Shown one piece after another: positions 51,929 through 64,000 of a stretch of DNA of 64,000 nucleotides (positions within the stretch are counted from its first letter, which is position 1; the number at the start of each line of letters is the position of its first letter). The position numbers were made by a program, and so were the translations under genes. This DNA is from Macrostomum lignano (Eukaryota). The notes under the pieces were generated by a model. The model was given only the letters and a program-made list of their open reading frames with translations, ran no database searches and was not told the origin of the DNA. The stretch covers positions 124,001 through 188,000 of the forward strand of contig NIVC01001863.1 in the NCBI GenBank assembly GCA_002269645.1, read 5' to 3'.

Positions 51929-52701
51929 GGCTGGGCTGACTGGCACAAGTTGGGATGCAGACAATTAAAATATATAAAAGAAATGTGAAAGCGCATGAAA
52001 TACTACTATAAGTTTACTTCGGTAGCAGCATGACAATAAAACAAGTTCTGATCATGGAATTTCAGTCAGGTCCATATACATTTGGTTTGGCTTGTCAAAG
52101 AAGTCAAGAAACACTTTGGAAATTTAGCGATATTAACGTAACAGTATATTAGAACGCTTTTTAATAATTAATGTCCATTTCTCCACAGCCAACTCATAGT
52201 GGCTGTGACGGAAGTTTTGAGCGCAGATCAGAGGGATCTTTCTCGAAGTCTGACCATAGACGTAAGATGGAGAGGCCGCACTAATGGCTTGCTAAAAAGG
52301 TGACCTAGCGTAAGGCCGATCGAAACTTTACGGTTTCTTAACTCCATTTGATGCCATTTCACCTTCGACATTGTCGGATGGTCACCAATCAGTCTCAGAG
52401 CGATCAGCCTTCGGTTTTGAATTCCAATTTGGAGGATTTCCTATCGGCCATCTCGAAGACTGTACAGCCAAAGGCCCTATTAAACGCATCACTCTCCGTG
52501 GAGTGCACTCACATGTACATGCATAATATGCCTTTCGGCTCTGTGCACTATTTCTGCTCAAATCTTGGGTAATCTTGAGCCGACACCTACTGCCTGTCTG
52601 TCTGACCGTCAGCCACTCAAATAGTGCAGGGCTCACTTAACATTTTATGATTTTCAATAATAAATAATAACTGATTACACCTGCCCTAATTGACAGACGT
52701 G

Positions 52702-52972
52702 CAACCGACAGCTCAGCCGCAGCTATTGCCGGCGCATCTGAAGGCTGCGTATGGCTGTTCAGTCCAAGGACTGGGGGGGGGGGGTACACACCCTCCAATT
52801 ACCCCAGCTAATGCTGGCACCAATTTTGCATTTACAGCTGGGTGAACTGAAGCAGTTTAGAGAGTTAAATGTCTTGCTCAATCAAGGACGCAAATTGTTC
52901 GTGTAGGATCGTGAATCGAACCCCCAACCTTCAAGTCGTAAGTCCGACGCTCTAACCAGGAGGCTACAACAC
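52702..52972 (-). mobile_element. tRNA-derived CORE/MIR-like SINE, family 1, apparently full length
   Basis: Minus strand reads an A-box-like TAGCCTCCTGGTTAGAGCG and a B-box GGTTCGATTC. Plus strand TTTACAGCTGGGTGAACTGAAGCAG...GTCTTGCTCAA resembles the MIR core. Two further copies at 60239-60763. Confidence 0.8.
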
Positions 52973-54075
52973 CCTGTATAAATAATTGAAACTGATATTA
53001 ATCAATTTATGTTACTGTAACGTATGAATAAAATAACTGTTAAACTCCTAACCGAAATATTTCGTTTGCTTTTTCAGCTATTAAATTTAATGCATTTTTC
53101 CAAATTCTTTCGATAATCAGATAAGCTTTCTGAAGTTTTGTCACAGAATATGGAAATATCGCTCAGAAACTTAAAGACAGATCAGAACTGAAAAAACCCT
53201 TTAATTTGACACTGGGAGCAAAGAGGTCGTCACTTTTTTCAATCTGATTTTTTAACTGGGTCTGCTGGCATGCTGGTAGATGATTAATATACGTTGGTGC
53301 GTTGCAAAGAGCCCAGCGGAGTTCATCTTCACCATAAACTATCTGCAGATTGTTTCACCAACATCAAACTCCAAACTAGCGCTCACCAATGCATTCACTG
53401 TCATCTCTCTCACTCTCATTGTCCACCAGACTGACTTTAGCGTGTGGTCCTCTGTGCCATTCTGTACTTTAGCCATGCATTCCAGCTATATGGCCCAGAT
53501 TAATCGCACTTGAACCAGATTGGTTTCTGTTGTCTATGGCTTTGTATGCTTTGTCTGTGTAAACTCGCTGCCACGTCAGACCGTTAGCTGTCAGCCACGC
53601 ACCAATTTGAATGGATAAAAAACCAAGTAGGATCCACAAAATAATATATATATATTCTTGTTATTGACCCTGGTTTACCTCACTCAGTCTAATAAAGCAC
53701 ACAGAGTCCTTGCTTTCGAGAGCTCGCTATTATTCTGTCCGTCTCTATGTTGCTCATTCCATAGTCTATGGTCCAACCATCCAAGCACCAAACACTGTTG
53801 TTCGCAAGCGAGCATGAGCCCCATTCTTGAATATCGACTTATTACCATAGACAAAATCAAGACAAGTTGACGCCAGTACAGGTTATGGGACCGTCTCTCG
53901 AGTTGAGCCATAGACAAACTCTCGGCCCAGCCTGTACATGCAAGCCTGCAGAGCAGTTAAAAAGCGATCAACGCTGTCAACTCCCACGACGAACTCACTT
54001 TGAATAAGTGAGGTTCAGGTTTAGTCCATCTTCTGCAATTCATATTGAGTCCACTACACCTTGGCAACTGAAAGA

Positions 54076-55004
<929 letters not shown>

Positions 55005-55240
55005 ATCCCAGATGCTGACAGTGCAAATGGGCAGTCGTGTTTACGGGCAGTCGTGTTTAAGTGTTGGTTTTTGAACTTTTCAAATTGTTTAATTGATAAA
55101 TACACTGCTTGGCTTACAACCGCGCTATCAAATTATCGGACCGAGTTTGTAGCTATTTGATAAGCAAGTCGGAAGTGAAAATGGCACACTGAAAATTGTC
55201 ACTAAATTTTTCAAGACCAGCAGCACTGTTCAGAGAATCA

Positions 55241-55427
55241 GTGAACACAGCGGCTCTAACTTTTTATCTTTAGGCATGTGCACTACTCTGTGCCTTGGGG
55301 TTAATGGCAAAGGTAGAGCCAAGCCGAGGTTCTAATTTAGCTTTAAATTAATGTGACTGCACTTTGGAATCGAGCCCCGGCCGCTGGCAGATCAGAGCGC
55401 CGCCTTAGACCGCTAGGCTGCGGCCCC
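55241..55427 (-). mobile_element. tRNA-derived SINE, family 2
   Basis: Minus strand GGGGCCGCAGCCTAGCGGTCTAAGGCGGCGCTCTGAT...GGCTCGATTCC (tRNA-Leu/Ser-like A and B boxes); aligns with 21036-21235. Confidence 0.65.
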
Positions 55428-55456
55428 TTCCGCAAGTCCAATGTTCCCCGTCCCCG

Positions 55457-55818
<362 letters not shown>

Positions 55819-55826
55819 CTCTTTTG

Positions 55827-55969
55827 CCGTGGCTGGACTTGCATATATGGGGGGAGCATTGCCATTTGAGGCTTATTTAGAGCTTATTTTGGCCCAACCC
55901 AAAAAGTTGGGCCAATCCGCCCGGGACCGCCCCCCCCCCCACTACTTTAAAATCGTGGGTCCGCCACTG
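55827..55969. mobile_element. Degenerate hAT-like MITE
   Basis: Ends CCGTGGCTGGAC / GTCCGCCACTG resemble CAGTGGCGGAC TIRs; internal C-run like the 13075 MITE; no TSD found. Confidence 0.45.
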
Positions 55970-57291
55970 ATGGCAATAACTGAATTCTACAAATACTTGC
56001 AGTCGTACGGTAAAACAAAATGTAAAAACTCAATTGTAAAAAAAACATATCTTGCACTATTTAGTAAAGTAATTTGATTCTCTTAAAAGACAAAGTCTTT
56101 CTTTTTGCTTTGTATAGTTCGGCAGCTGTAGACGGCCCTGCATCGGAGGAAGAGGGAAAATGAGACACCCACCTCAATAGTATCCTAATAGTACATTTGT
56201 TATACGGGGCCACAGGTCCTAAAAATATTCTGTGAGCTACCAATACCGTAGACCTTCCGAGGGACACTAGGTATTGCATACCGATCCGAATCCAATGCAC
56301 TTTTATCCTGCTTATTGAGGACCAATCCAAATCTAATATTGAGATGATCCAAATCCACACTACTACAAGTAGGCTGTGTATGTATCGTGCCATAACTTTA
56401 CTAACTTAACTTCACTTACATAAAATTATGCGACCAAAAACCGGTGCTCGTCGAAATTGCTCTCAAGGACAAAACTATTTAGTTGTTGTTAAACTGGGGT
56501 GAGAAGCTGGGCTTACCCGCGGATCAGCCCTAAGGGGGCTCTGCCGCTAGGAGCTATTTGTGGGCCATACTACCAGGAGCATATATATAGCTCGAGAGGC
56601 CACGGTTGGGACCAGAGCTCAGGACTCTGGGGAGAGCATGGAGCATTGGTGCTACTAGCCCAAACCTACGGTACAAGACACCGCTGACCAACAATCGAAT
56701 CAGGGACGGTGCTAAGACCGAGTCCACCCAGGCCACCCCCCCCCCAGCTGACAAGTCTTTGGGTGTGCGCGATAAAAGAAATTGGATTGCGAAATGCTTG
56801 GGATACTACTCTAAGCGGTCCGAGAGCGGGTTAACCCAGAGTCTACGGAAAAGGCTTGAAAAATTTAGTTGGAGCGAGTCTGGGAGGCTTGCATCCGAGG
56901 GCGAGACTCCAGGCAGGAAGACCGTCTACCTCTATTGCTCAAGCCCAAGGGCATCACCTACCCAGCTCTATATTGGGGGCCAGGCCAAGGAGTCGGGAGA
57001 GGGGCACCCGGGGCAAGAGGACCCGGACTCAGCCGGTATCCCCGGTACGAGACGAACTTCCAGCCCAGGACGCCAATCCCCTGTCAGGATGAGAGCCAGA
57101 GACACAATAGGCAGGGAACTTCCAGAGGTGCCAGCCAGGTTTGTGTCGCCTGATCTTTTACGATCTTTCGTTTCTTTCTTTCGCAAAACTCCTGAAATTG
57201 ATTCCAGAATGGAGTAAAGTGTGTCAGCTTGATGGAGTAGTAATCAGGTTACTTGTCAGAAACAGTCCATATTCCTAGTGGCTGCACTCAC

Positions 57292-57358
57292 CCTAGCGGC
57301 CGCTTGCACCTTGGCGATGAGCTCGCCCTCGGCCTCTTCTTCTGGTGTTTCGCGCCGC
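57292..57358 (-). other. Orphan 67-nt exon candidate
   Basis: Acceptor CACTTTTCACTGCAG| and donor AGG|GTGAGT; one frame reads RRETPEEEAEGELIAKVQAAAR; partner exons not established. Confidence 0.4.
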
Positions 57359-58914
57359 CTGCAGTGAAAAGTGCAGTTTAGGCGTGACGCAAGTGACTTT
57401 GCTGAAACATGAGCTTGCATTTATTTCGATGTCTTTGGTATCTCTATTAGATATTAATTTGATATTAACTATTAGCGGAGAGCTACTCATGAACGCGGGC
57501 GGGCGGGCGGGCTCGGGGCGCGGGGCCTGGCTCCTCGGCGCGGCGCTCGGCGCGGCGCTCGGCTCGGCGCTCGGCTCGGCGCTTATCATTGACTTTGGTT
57601 GCTGCTTGGTTTCAGGAAGATTAGCGGATCATTGTCTGAGCGCGAATACACATCAAACAGGAATCTAATGCAGGAGTGCAATAGCACAGAAACCAAGAAA
57701 ACTCAGCAATTGAGAAGGTCGAATATGAGCTCGGTTGAGGCAGAGAAAGAAAAAATGAACACACTGTGACTGCAGTCTCGTGAATAAGTTTTGTTCTTGA
57801 AACTCTCAGCGATAATACGCTCGTAATAATAATAATTGATGTAACCGCCCTTGTCGCCTGTCCGCTCCGCTGGGAGACGAACGCATGACCAGAGGGGGCA
57901 ATGACCGTAGGCTGCCTATGACCGGGCAATGACCTGACGGACCTCCAGCACCAGACTGTCCCGCCCACATGATTGATAGCTTTGGTAGCGCTTTCGTGAC
58001 CAGAGGGCCAAGGACCCACATGGACCCCGCCTGTAGCCAAGGTGCAATAGTTGGTCACTCGGCCATAGCATGACCGAGTGGCTGCCACCACTCTATGTGA
58101 CCTGGCGCACCTGGATCTTACTACCAGACCTCTCGAGGCTAGAGCCCCGCCTGGATTGGTTACCAGGAGATTTAGGCTAACAGGGGAGACTCATGCAGCC
58201 GAGTACAGGGACTCTGCTTGGGGCATGATCGGGAACTCTGGGCTCAATCTGGAGGATTTATCAGCAGGGGATCCTTTGTGGCTGTGATCGAGGCTGACTT
58301 GCGGTTTCAATTACTAAGAGTAGGGTGAGGCGAACATGTACTGTCTATAGTTTAGATTGCTCAGGGCGAAGGGACGCGTCAGCATGGGGTTGCAACCTTC
58401 CTACTGCCATTCTGTGCCAAGACTCGCTAATCCCTCTACTGCATGCACACACGGCCCCGCAGCACGCACACACAGGCGGGCTTTGCACGGGGAGAGGCCA
58501 TTAGCTTACCCGAACTTCCTTTTGCCTTGCCACCCTGGGAGAAAGGCTTAGCAAGCCATGAATGAAATGATGGTGAACAGGTGAATAATGATGAGTTTAG
58601 TAATAGTTAACGATTAGGCCATTAGGCAAAATAATCAGGCAAATTAAGCGGCTTCACTATTGAATATAATACAGCAAAAGGTATGGTATCACAATTGGCT
58701 CAGCTCTCTAATTAAGCAATGGAAAAATAGGCGAACCCGGACAAGCAAGGCAATAAGAGCACAAATCAGTAACAGGAACTTACCGGCAGCTGCACAGAGA
58801 AAGAGAGCGATGGAGTGACCGACGACGGCTGTTGGCTGCAGACAGGCAGACAGTGAAGCGGCGATGCGCTGGAGCGACGAGGCGCTGATGTAGTTCAGGC
58901 GATGCTGAAGATGC

Positions 58915-59225
58915 TGGGCGGTAACAGACCGCTGGCCGGCAGATGAGCTCACTTGGGGAGCTGAAAGGAACTTGGCGGTATCAGACCGCTGGCCGGCAGA
59001 TGAGCTCACTTGGGGAGCTGAAAGGAAGTTGGCGGTATCAGACCGCTGGCCAGCAGATGAGCTCACTTGGGGAGCTGAAAGGAAGTTGGCGGTATCAGAC
59101 CGCTGGCCGGCAGATGAGCTCACTTGGGGAGCTGAAAGGAACTTGGCGGTAACAGACCGCTGGCCGGCAGATGAGCTCACTTGGGGAGCTGAAAGGAACT
59201 TGGCGGTAACAGACCGCGGACCGGC
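58915..59225. repeat. 57-bp tandem repeat, about 5 copies
   Basis: Unit CAGACCGCTGGCCGGCAGATGAGCTCACTTGGGGAGCTGAAAGGAACTTGGCGGTAT read directly. Confidence 0.92.
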
Positions 59226-59331
59226 AGAGGTTCGTCCTATGGACGAATAGGTCAGAGCAGCGTCTGACAACAAGTCCAAAGTAAGACAAGGACGGAGGAG
59301 TTTGAGGATTCTCATGCCGAAAACCGCTTCC

Positions 59332-59422
59332 TTAAATAGCCTTACCAGCCGCCGCTCCAAGGTCGTTTCCATGACTCCCTCTCTCTGATTGGCTGCCGGC
59401 GAAATGACGTCAGAATGAGTCA
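59332..59422 (-). promoter_or_regulatory. Candidate Pol II promoter facing left: AP-1, CRE, CCAAT and TATA-like boxes
   Basis: Minus-strand order TGACTCA (59416-59422), TGACGTCA (59405-59412), CCAAT (59388-59392), TATTTAA (59332-59338). Confidence 0.5.
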
Positions 59423-60238
59423 TGATGAGAAGCATGAGAACGAATTAGCAACATGAGAAATGGACAAATTGCGCAATCCGGAGGTGGGGTGGGGGATAAT
59501 TGGCGCAGCGGGAGATCGGGAAAGTGTTGCGCAAGCAAACGTTGAGAACAATAGGGCTGGGGTCGAGAACAAAGGAATGGAAATCGGGGATAATTGGGGA
59601 GTACAGAGAACAATAGAAAAGCAAACATTGGAGAAAAGGTGATAATTGGGTGCGAAAAGGAGAACAAAAGAATCAAAAACGAAAACAATAGAAGCGGAGG
59701 TGGGGTGGGTGTCGCATGAGAAATTTGGGGAGGAGAACAATAGCATGAGAAAAGGTTGCGCAAGAGGGGGTGGTGAGTCATCGATGAGTAATCGAGGGGA
59801 AAGAGGGGTCACAAGACTTGCGTCACCATTTGGGACTTTACTAACGGGTGGGGGTGACGGTGAGCGCACAAAGTACTGTAAGTAGGCACCGAGAAAGGGG
59901 GAACAGCGCAGGAAAACAGTACAAAAGAGACAAAAAGATGGGAATCGGAAGAAGTACATAATAGATAGGGTAGAGCGCATAGGAAATAGAGTAGCTGGTG
60001 GGTGCAGAGGGAGACAGGGGCTCCGGAAAGGCACGTGTGGCGGGAGTGTGAGACGGAGCCGAGGCAGCAGGGGGATGCAGCAGAGCGGGAGTCAGCAGGC
60101 CGGGTTAAGGACCTGACCCAGTCTCGATGGCTCTGCTCAGGAGGTGCACCGAGATCGGAGGTACTTTTGAAAAATTTCCCTTGCCATATCCCGCGACCAG
60201 AGCGTGGTTACATAAATCATAATTAATTACATATGCCC

Positions 60239-60508
60239 TAACTGACAGCTCAGCCGCAGCAATTGCGCGGCGCATCTGAAGGCTGCGTACGGCTGTTCAG
60301 TCTAATGAACGGTGGGGGGGCGCGCCCGGGCGCCACACGCACCCTCGATTACCGCAGCAAGCGCTGGCACCCATTTTACAGCTGGGTGAACTGAAGCAAT
60401 GCAGAATTTAGTGTCTTGCTCAAGGACAAATTGTTCCAGTGGAATTAGGAGTCGAACCCCCGACCTTTAAGTCGTAAGTCCGACGCTCTAACCACCACTA
60501 GACTGCAC
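60239..60508 (-). mobile_element. CORE/MIR-like SINE, family 1, copy 2
   Basis: Shares the tail GACAGCTCAGCCGCAGC...CATCTGAAGGCTGCGTA, the core and the tRNA-like head with 52702-52972. Confidence 0.8.
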
Positions 60509-60554
60509 AACCTTCGAGCAGTGGCAATTGTCTAGTGTGCTAATTTGACTGATT

Positions 60555-60763
60555 AGTCCAAGAACTGGGGGGGGGGGTCGCCACATACCCTCAATTACCC
60601 AAGCTAATGCTGGCACCCATTTTACATTTACAGCTGGGTGAACTGAAGCAGTTTAGAGTTAAGTGTCTTGCTCAATCAAGGACGCAAATTGTTCGTGTGG
60701 GATCGGGAATCGAACCCCCGACCTTCAAGTCGTAAGTCTGACGCCCTGACCCCCGACCATGAC
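60555..60763 (-). mobile_element. CORE/MIR-like SINE, family 1, copy 3, lacking the 3' tail
   Basis: Core and head near-identical to copy 1; followed by (GACA)n. Confidence 0.8.
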
Positions 60764-60766
60764 ATT

Positions 60767-60979
<213 letters not shown>

Positions 60980-61006
60980 TCTCGGCCCAGCCTGTGCATG
61001 CAAGCC

Positions 61007-62565
61007 CACAGAATATACGCAGAATGGCGAATCCCGCATTTTGAGAGAATTTCTTGCACAAGAATGATATTCTATACTGGCTACTCTTGTTGTGAAGAGA
61101 AACTAAGTAGGCTGAATGGCACTTTACCAATTCTTTGCCATTTATTGCGGGTTTGTCCCACAGAATATAGGAAGGCTTGATGAACCAACCCACCCCCTTC
61201 TAAACTGTGCTATTTTTAGAAACTATCTTAAGGCTGGCCCTGCCTTCTGCTGCGCTTTAAGTTAGTGCCATAGACAGCATGCCTTGGGCGTTCAAGCACG
61301 AGCTCGTGGCGTGAAAGCATGCAGGTCAAATGCATTATTGATCGCGCTAGCCTGTCTTTGCTGTATTGCATTCTCTATGGCCCAATCTGGTGCTGCTGAA
61401 GCTAGGTTTGGCTTCAAAAGTGCTACATGTAATACCGAAGGCATATCTGCTAGAGTTTTAATACGCAGCTTATTGTGATACTGTTTTCGCATGACTGCGT
61501 CTGCTTCGAGGCTTCAGTGCGCTGCGTACGGATGCCCCAACTACGCCGGCAAGTGGCCGCCGGGCATTAGATTTCACCGGTTTTCAGCAGCCAGAGAGCA
61601 TCCAAGGCTGCAGTGAGCCAAGAAGCTCCAGATCCAGTCCACCTGCAGGGCAACACTTGTGACTCAGATCTCACGGAAGCAGGTGATGAGCTCTTTGCTA
61701 CATCGGATGACTTAGATCACGAGAAGTGCGCATATGTCGGCGGTTGGTTGCTGTTCCGCTTCTTTAAAACCGAGTGCAAGTGTAAGGTGTTCCAGCAGGA
61801 ACTGAAGGGAAAGCAATTCAGACACGCTTCCTGCGACTGAAGCGCAAGCGGGATGACAGCTTAGCCACCCCAAGCAGAGCAGTTATCAGAGCTGTCACTG
61901 AGATTGAACGCCAATTCAAATTGCTGGAAGTGGCAGAGTTCATGCATGCTGGTGTGTCACACAGAATCAGCAAATTATTTGCCGATTGCATCAGGCCAAT
62001 TATTGCGACTCATTGCGCTGAGCACTCAGAGAGATGCGTGATGGGCATTGTGAGGCTGTTCTCGAAGCTGCGCTTGCACCATTGGTGCAATGGGCGCAGG
62101 ATTGCGGCTCAGGAGAGAAAGCGCTGGCGAGAATTTTGCAATGAGCAATTGAGGAAGTTCAAGAGGATGAGTGTGATTGCATGAGATTTGCTATTTCTGT
62201 TGCGTCTGGCATTTCCTGCCTTGCGTGCAGCGCTAAAACTTAACCGGCTGTTATATGTTTGTTACTTTTGTTTTTTTAGCTTACATGTACATGACAATGA
62301 AGTTATAACAGTTCTTACTACTGCTCATGACTTTGCGCACGCACCGTTTGAACAAATTAATTACAATGATGGCGCAGCATTCATCTGCAGCGTCAAAACG
62401 ATGATTCAGAGCTTTCAAAGGCTGTCTTGAGCTGAAACTTTTACATTCAACTTTGCGTTTAAAAAATCGCAGCTACTTATCAGCTTCACAACGTTAGTAG
62501 TGCAATCGCATTTATTTTCGCTTTCATAGAGAACTGCCGATTCGCCATTCTGTGTATGTTTTGTG
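61007..62565 (+). mobile_element. Internally deleted THAP/P-element-like DNA transposon
   Basis: 27-bp imperfect TIRs: CACAGAATATACGCAGAATGGCGAATC versus the reverse complement of the right end, CACAAAACATACACAGAATGGCGAATC. THAP start at 61491 (CAAYGCPN...IRFHRF...RLQ*AKKL, stop at the likely Trp position). C-terminal transposase-like fragments (CAYVGGWL; LATPS; FSKLRLHHWCN). Catalytic core absent; no TSD. Confidence 0.75.
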
Positions 62566-62901
62566 GTCTAAAGGGAGCAAGCAAGGCACGCAAATAAAAT
62601 AAAGAAAAAGTAAAATATTACAAGAGGCCCCTCTTCTTCAGCCAACCATTGGCTGGTTTGATTTAACGTCTTACGTTTGAGACTTGTTCCATGGCTTGTC
62701 ATTAAGAACAAAAGACACAACAGTGGCGTCGCAGCAAAGGGAATAAAGCTGAGACCGAAGGATGGCACAACCAACACCAGCAGCTGAGAAGATGGCATCT
62801 CCGGCAAAGTTGGCAGCAAAGACAGCGAGTAAGGATATGACAATGTGCCACTGCTTTCGAGTCTGGAAGGAATCGGCCAAACTGCACAATTCCACCAGCC
62901 A

Positions 62902-63354
62902 ATGATCGGAAACAACATGCTCAACATGATCGTCATTGAGAAGCTGGAGGAAGGAAAGTCGTTTCTACGATGGATGGAACGCTTCACAGTCGGGGAAAAT
63001 CTCTTCAAATGGGGAGAGGAAGAAAAGGCGCAGATTTTGCTCATGCGTCTGTCTGCTGGTCTGTACGACACTCTGGCGGATCATCTGGCTCCCACATTAC
63101 CGAGCACAATGTCTTTCGAAGAGCTCAGCAAGGCGCTAAAGGAGATCCTGGTGCCTAAAACATATGTCCTGTCTGAACGGTACGCCTTTCAAACTGCCAA
63201 GAAGGACGCAAAAGAGAGCATTCGAGCATTCGCTGAGAGGCTGCTCAAAGCGTCGGATAAATGTGCGTTTAGCAACAAGGAGGAACGGCTCCAGGACCAA
63301 TTCATCTACCACCGCCTACCACCCGAGTGGCAACGGACAGGTGGAACGATTTAA
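62902..63354 (+). CDS. Gypsy gag (capsid N-terminal part), truncated at a deletion junction near 63307
   Basis: WMERF...EEEKAQILL...LYDTL...FEELSKALKE...SERYAF...KESIRAFAERL...CAF...EERLQDQFI, a typical retrotransposon gag pattern. Confidence 0.75.
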   Translation: MIGNNMLNMIVIEKLEEGKSFLRWMERFTVGENLFKWGEEEKAQILLMRLSAGLYDTLADHLAPTLPSTMSFEELSKALKEILVPKTYVLSERYAFQTAKKDAKESIRAFAERLLKASDKCAFSNKEERLQDQFIYHRLPPEWQRTGGTI

Positions 63355-64000
63355 CGGGTTCCTGAAGAACAGTTTGCGCACGTATCTGGAACAGAAGGGT
63401 CAGAACGCCTGGGAGGAGTACCTGCCAAGTGCCTTGATGGCTTATCGATCGACGGTCCAGGCGTCCACCGGTTACACGCCCTACTACATGCTGCATGGTC
63501 AGGAGATGCCGCTGGGATTCGAACCAGAGGACCTTAGGCGAAAGACGGACAGCTATCCCTTGTTTGTGCAAGAGATCCAGCAGAACCTGCTTCATGCCCA
63601 TGAACGCATTCGAGAAGGACGCGAGACGGTTCAGCGACGGCAGAAAATGAATTACGATCGGAAAGTGAAGGGCAAAGCGATTCAGAAGAGCGACTCTGTC
63701 TTGCTGTACTATCCGTGCTTGGAGATGGGAGAGAAAAGCAAGTTCCATATTAACTGGCGCGGCCCAGTGAAGGTCCTGGAGAAGCTGTCAGATGCGTTGT
63801 ACCGAGTGCAGGATCCGACACAGAAGCAGAAGACCAAGGTGGTGCACTTCAACAATCTCCGGCCGGTTCAGGTTCAGACGGAGGCGGCAGACGGTCAAGA
63901 GACAGGAGAGGAAATTGGGAGGGCCAGTTCGGGAAAAACCAGACCGCGACGCGGTAACTCCGCTGCTGGACGAAGCCGAAGGCAGAGAGTGCAACGGGGC
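63308..64000 (+). pseudogene. Gypsy integrase C-terminal fragment (no start codon; open to the window end)
   Basis: Hand translation: TTAYHPSGNGQVERFNGFLKNSL...WEEYLPSALMAYRST...STGYTPYYML...YDRK...VLLYYP...KFHINWRGPVKV...VVHFNNLRP. Confidence 0.9.

Larger units (their letters stand above)
62567..64000 (+). mobile_element. Ty3/Gypsy LTR retrotransposon with a large internal deletion, extending past the window end
   Basis: Putative 5' LTR end ...ACACAACA at 62722 followed by PBS-like TGGCGTCGCAGC; then gag, then an integrase C-terminal half. Confidence 0.85.

Noticed and set aside
55355-55427. Possible tRNA genes here and at 52900-52972, 60440-60508 and 60700-60763
   Set aside because: No complete cloverleaf; each continues into a shared repeat body, so they are SINE heads
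56499-57217. 203-aa ORF with VYLY and YWGP fragments suggesting a decayed Gypsy integrase
   Set aside because: Motifs lie in different frames and are too short to support a call

Overview
Eukaryotic (animal) genomic DNA, not prokaryotic. GC-rich spliced genes sit among tandem repeats and transposon relics; the style suggests a flatworm such as Macrostomum lignano (inference, not verified). Five conserved genes were reconstructed by hand from GT-AG junctions: LMO4-like (minus, 3 exons), an SLC16/MCT transporter (minus, intronless, one 1-nt frameshift), HFM1/MER3 meiotic helicase (plus, at least 16 exons, with a long repetitive Q/N/G/S/F tail), a DOCK180-family Rac GEF (plus, 9 exons) and intronless TCF25. 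Two further coding units are not obvious from the ORF track: an acidic ORF nested in an HFM1 intron, and a 2-exon 59-aa signal-peptide gene split by a (TCTG)n intron. Nearly every long intron holds its own minisatellite, one built from a copy of the 5' splice site. Most long ORFs in the track are translations of these repeats. Mobile elements: a hAT MITE with an 8-bp TSD, two tRNA-derived SINE families, an internally deleted THAP/P-like transposon and an internally deleted Gypsy element running off the window end. Two very AT-rich islands interrupt the GC-rich landscape. No CRISPR, rRNA or intact tRNA gene was found.
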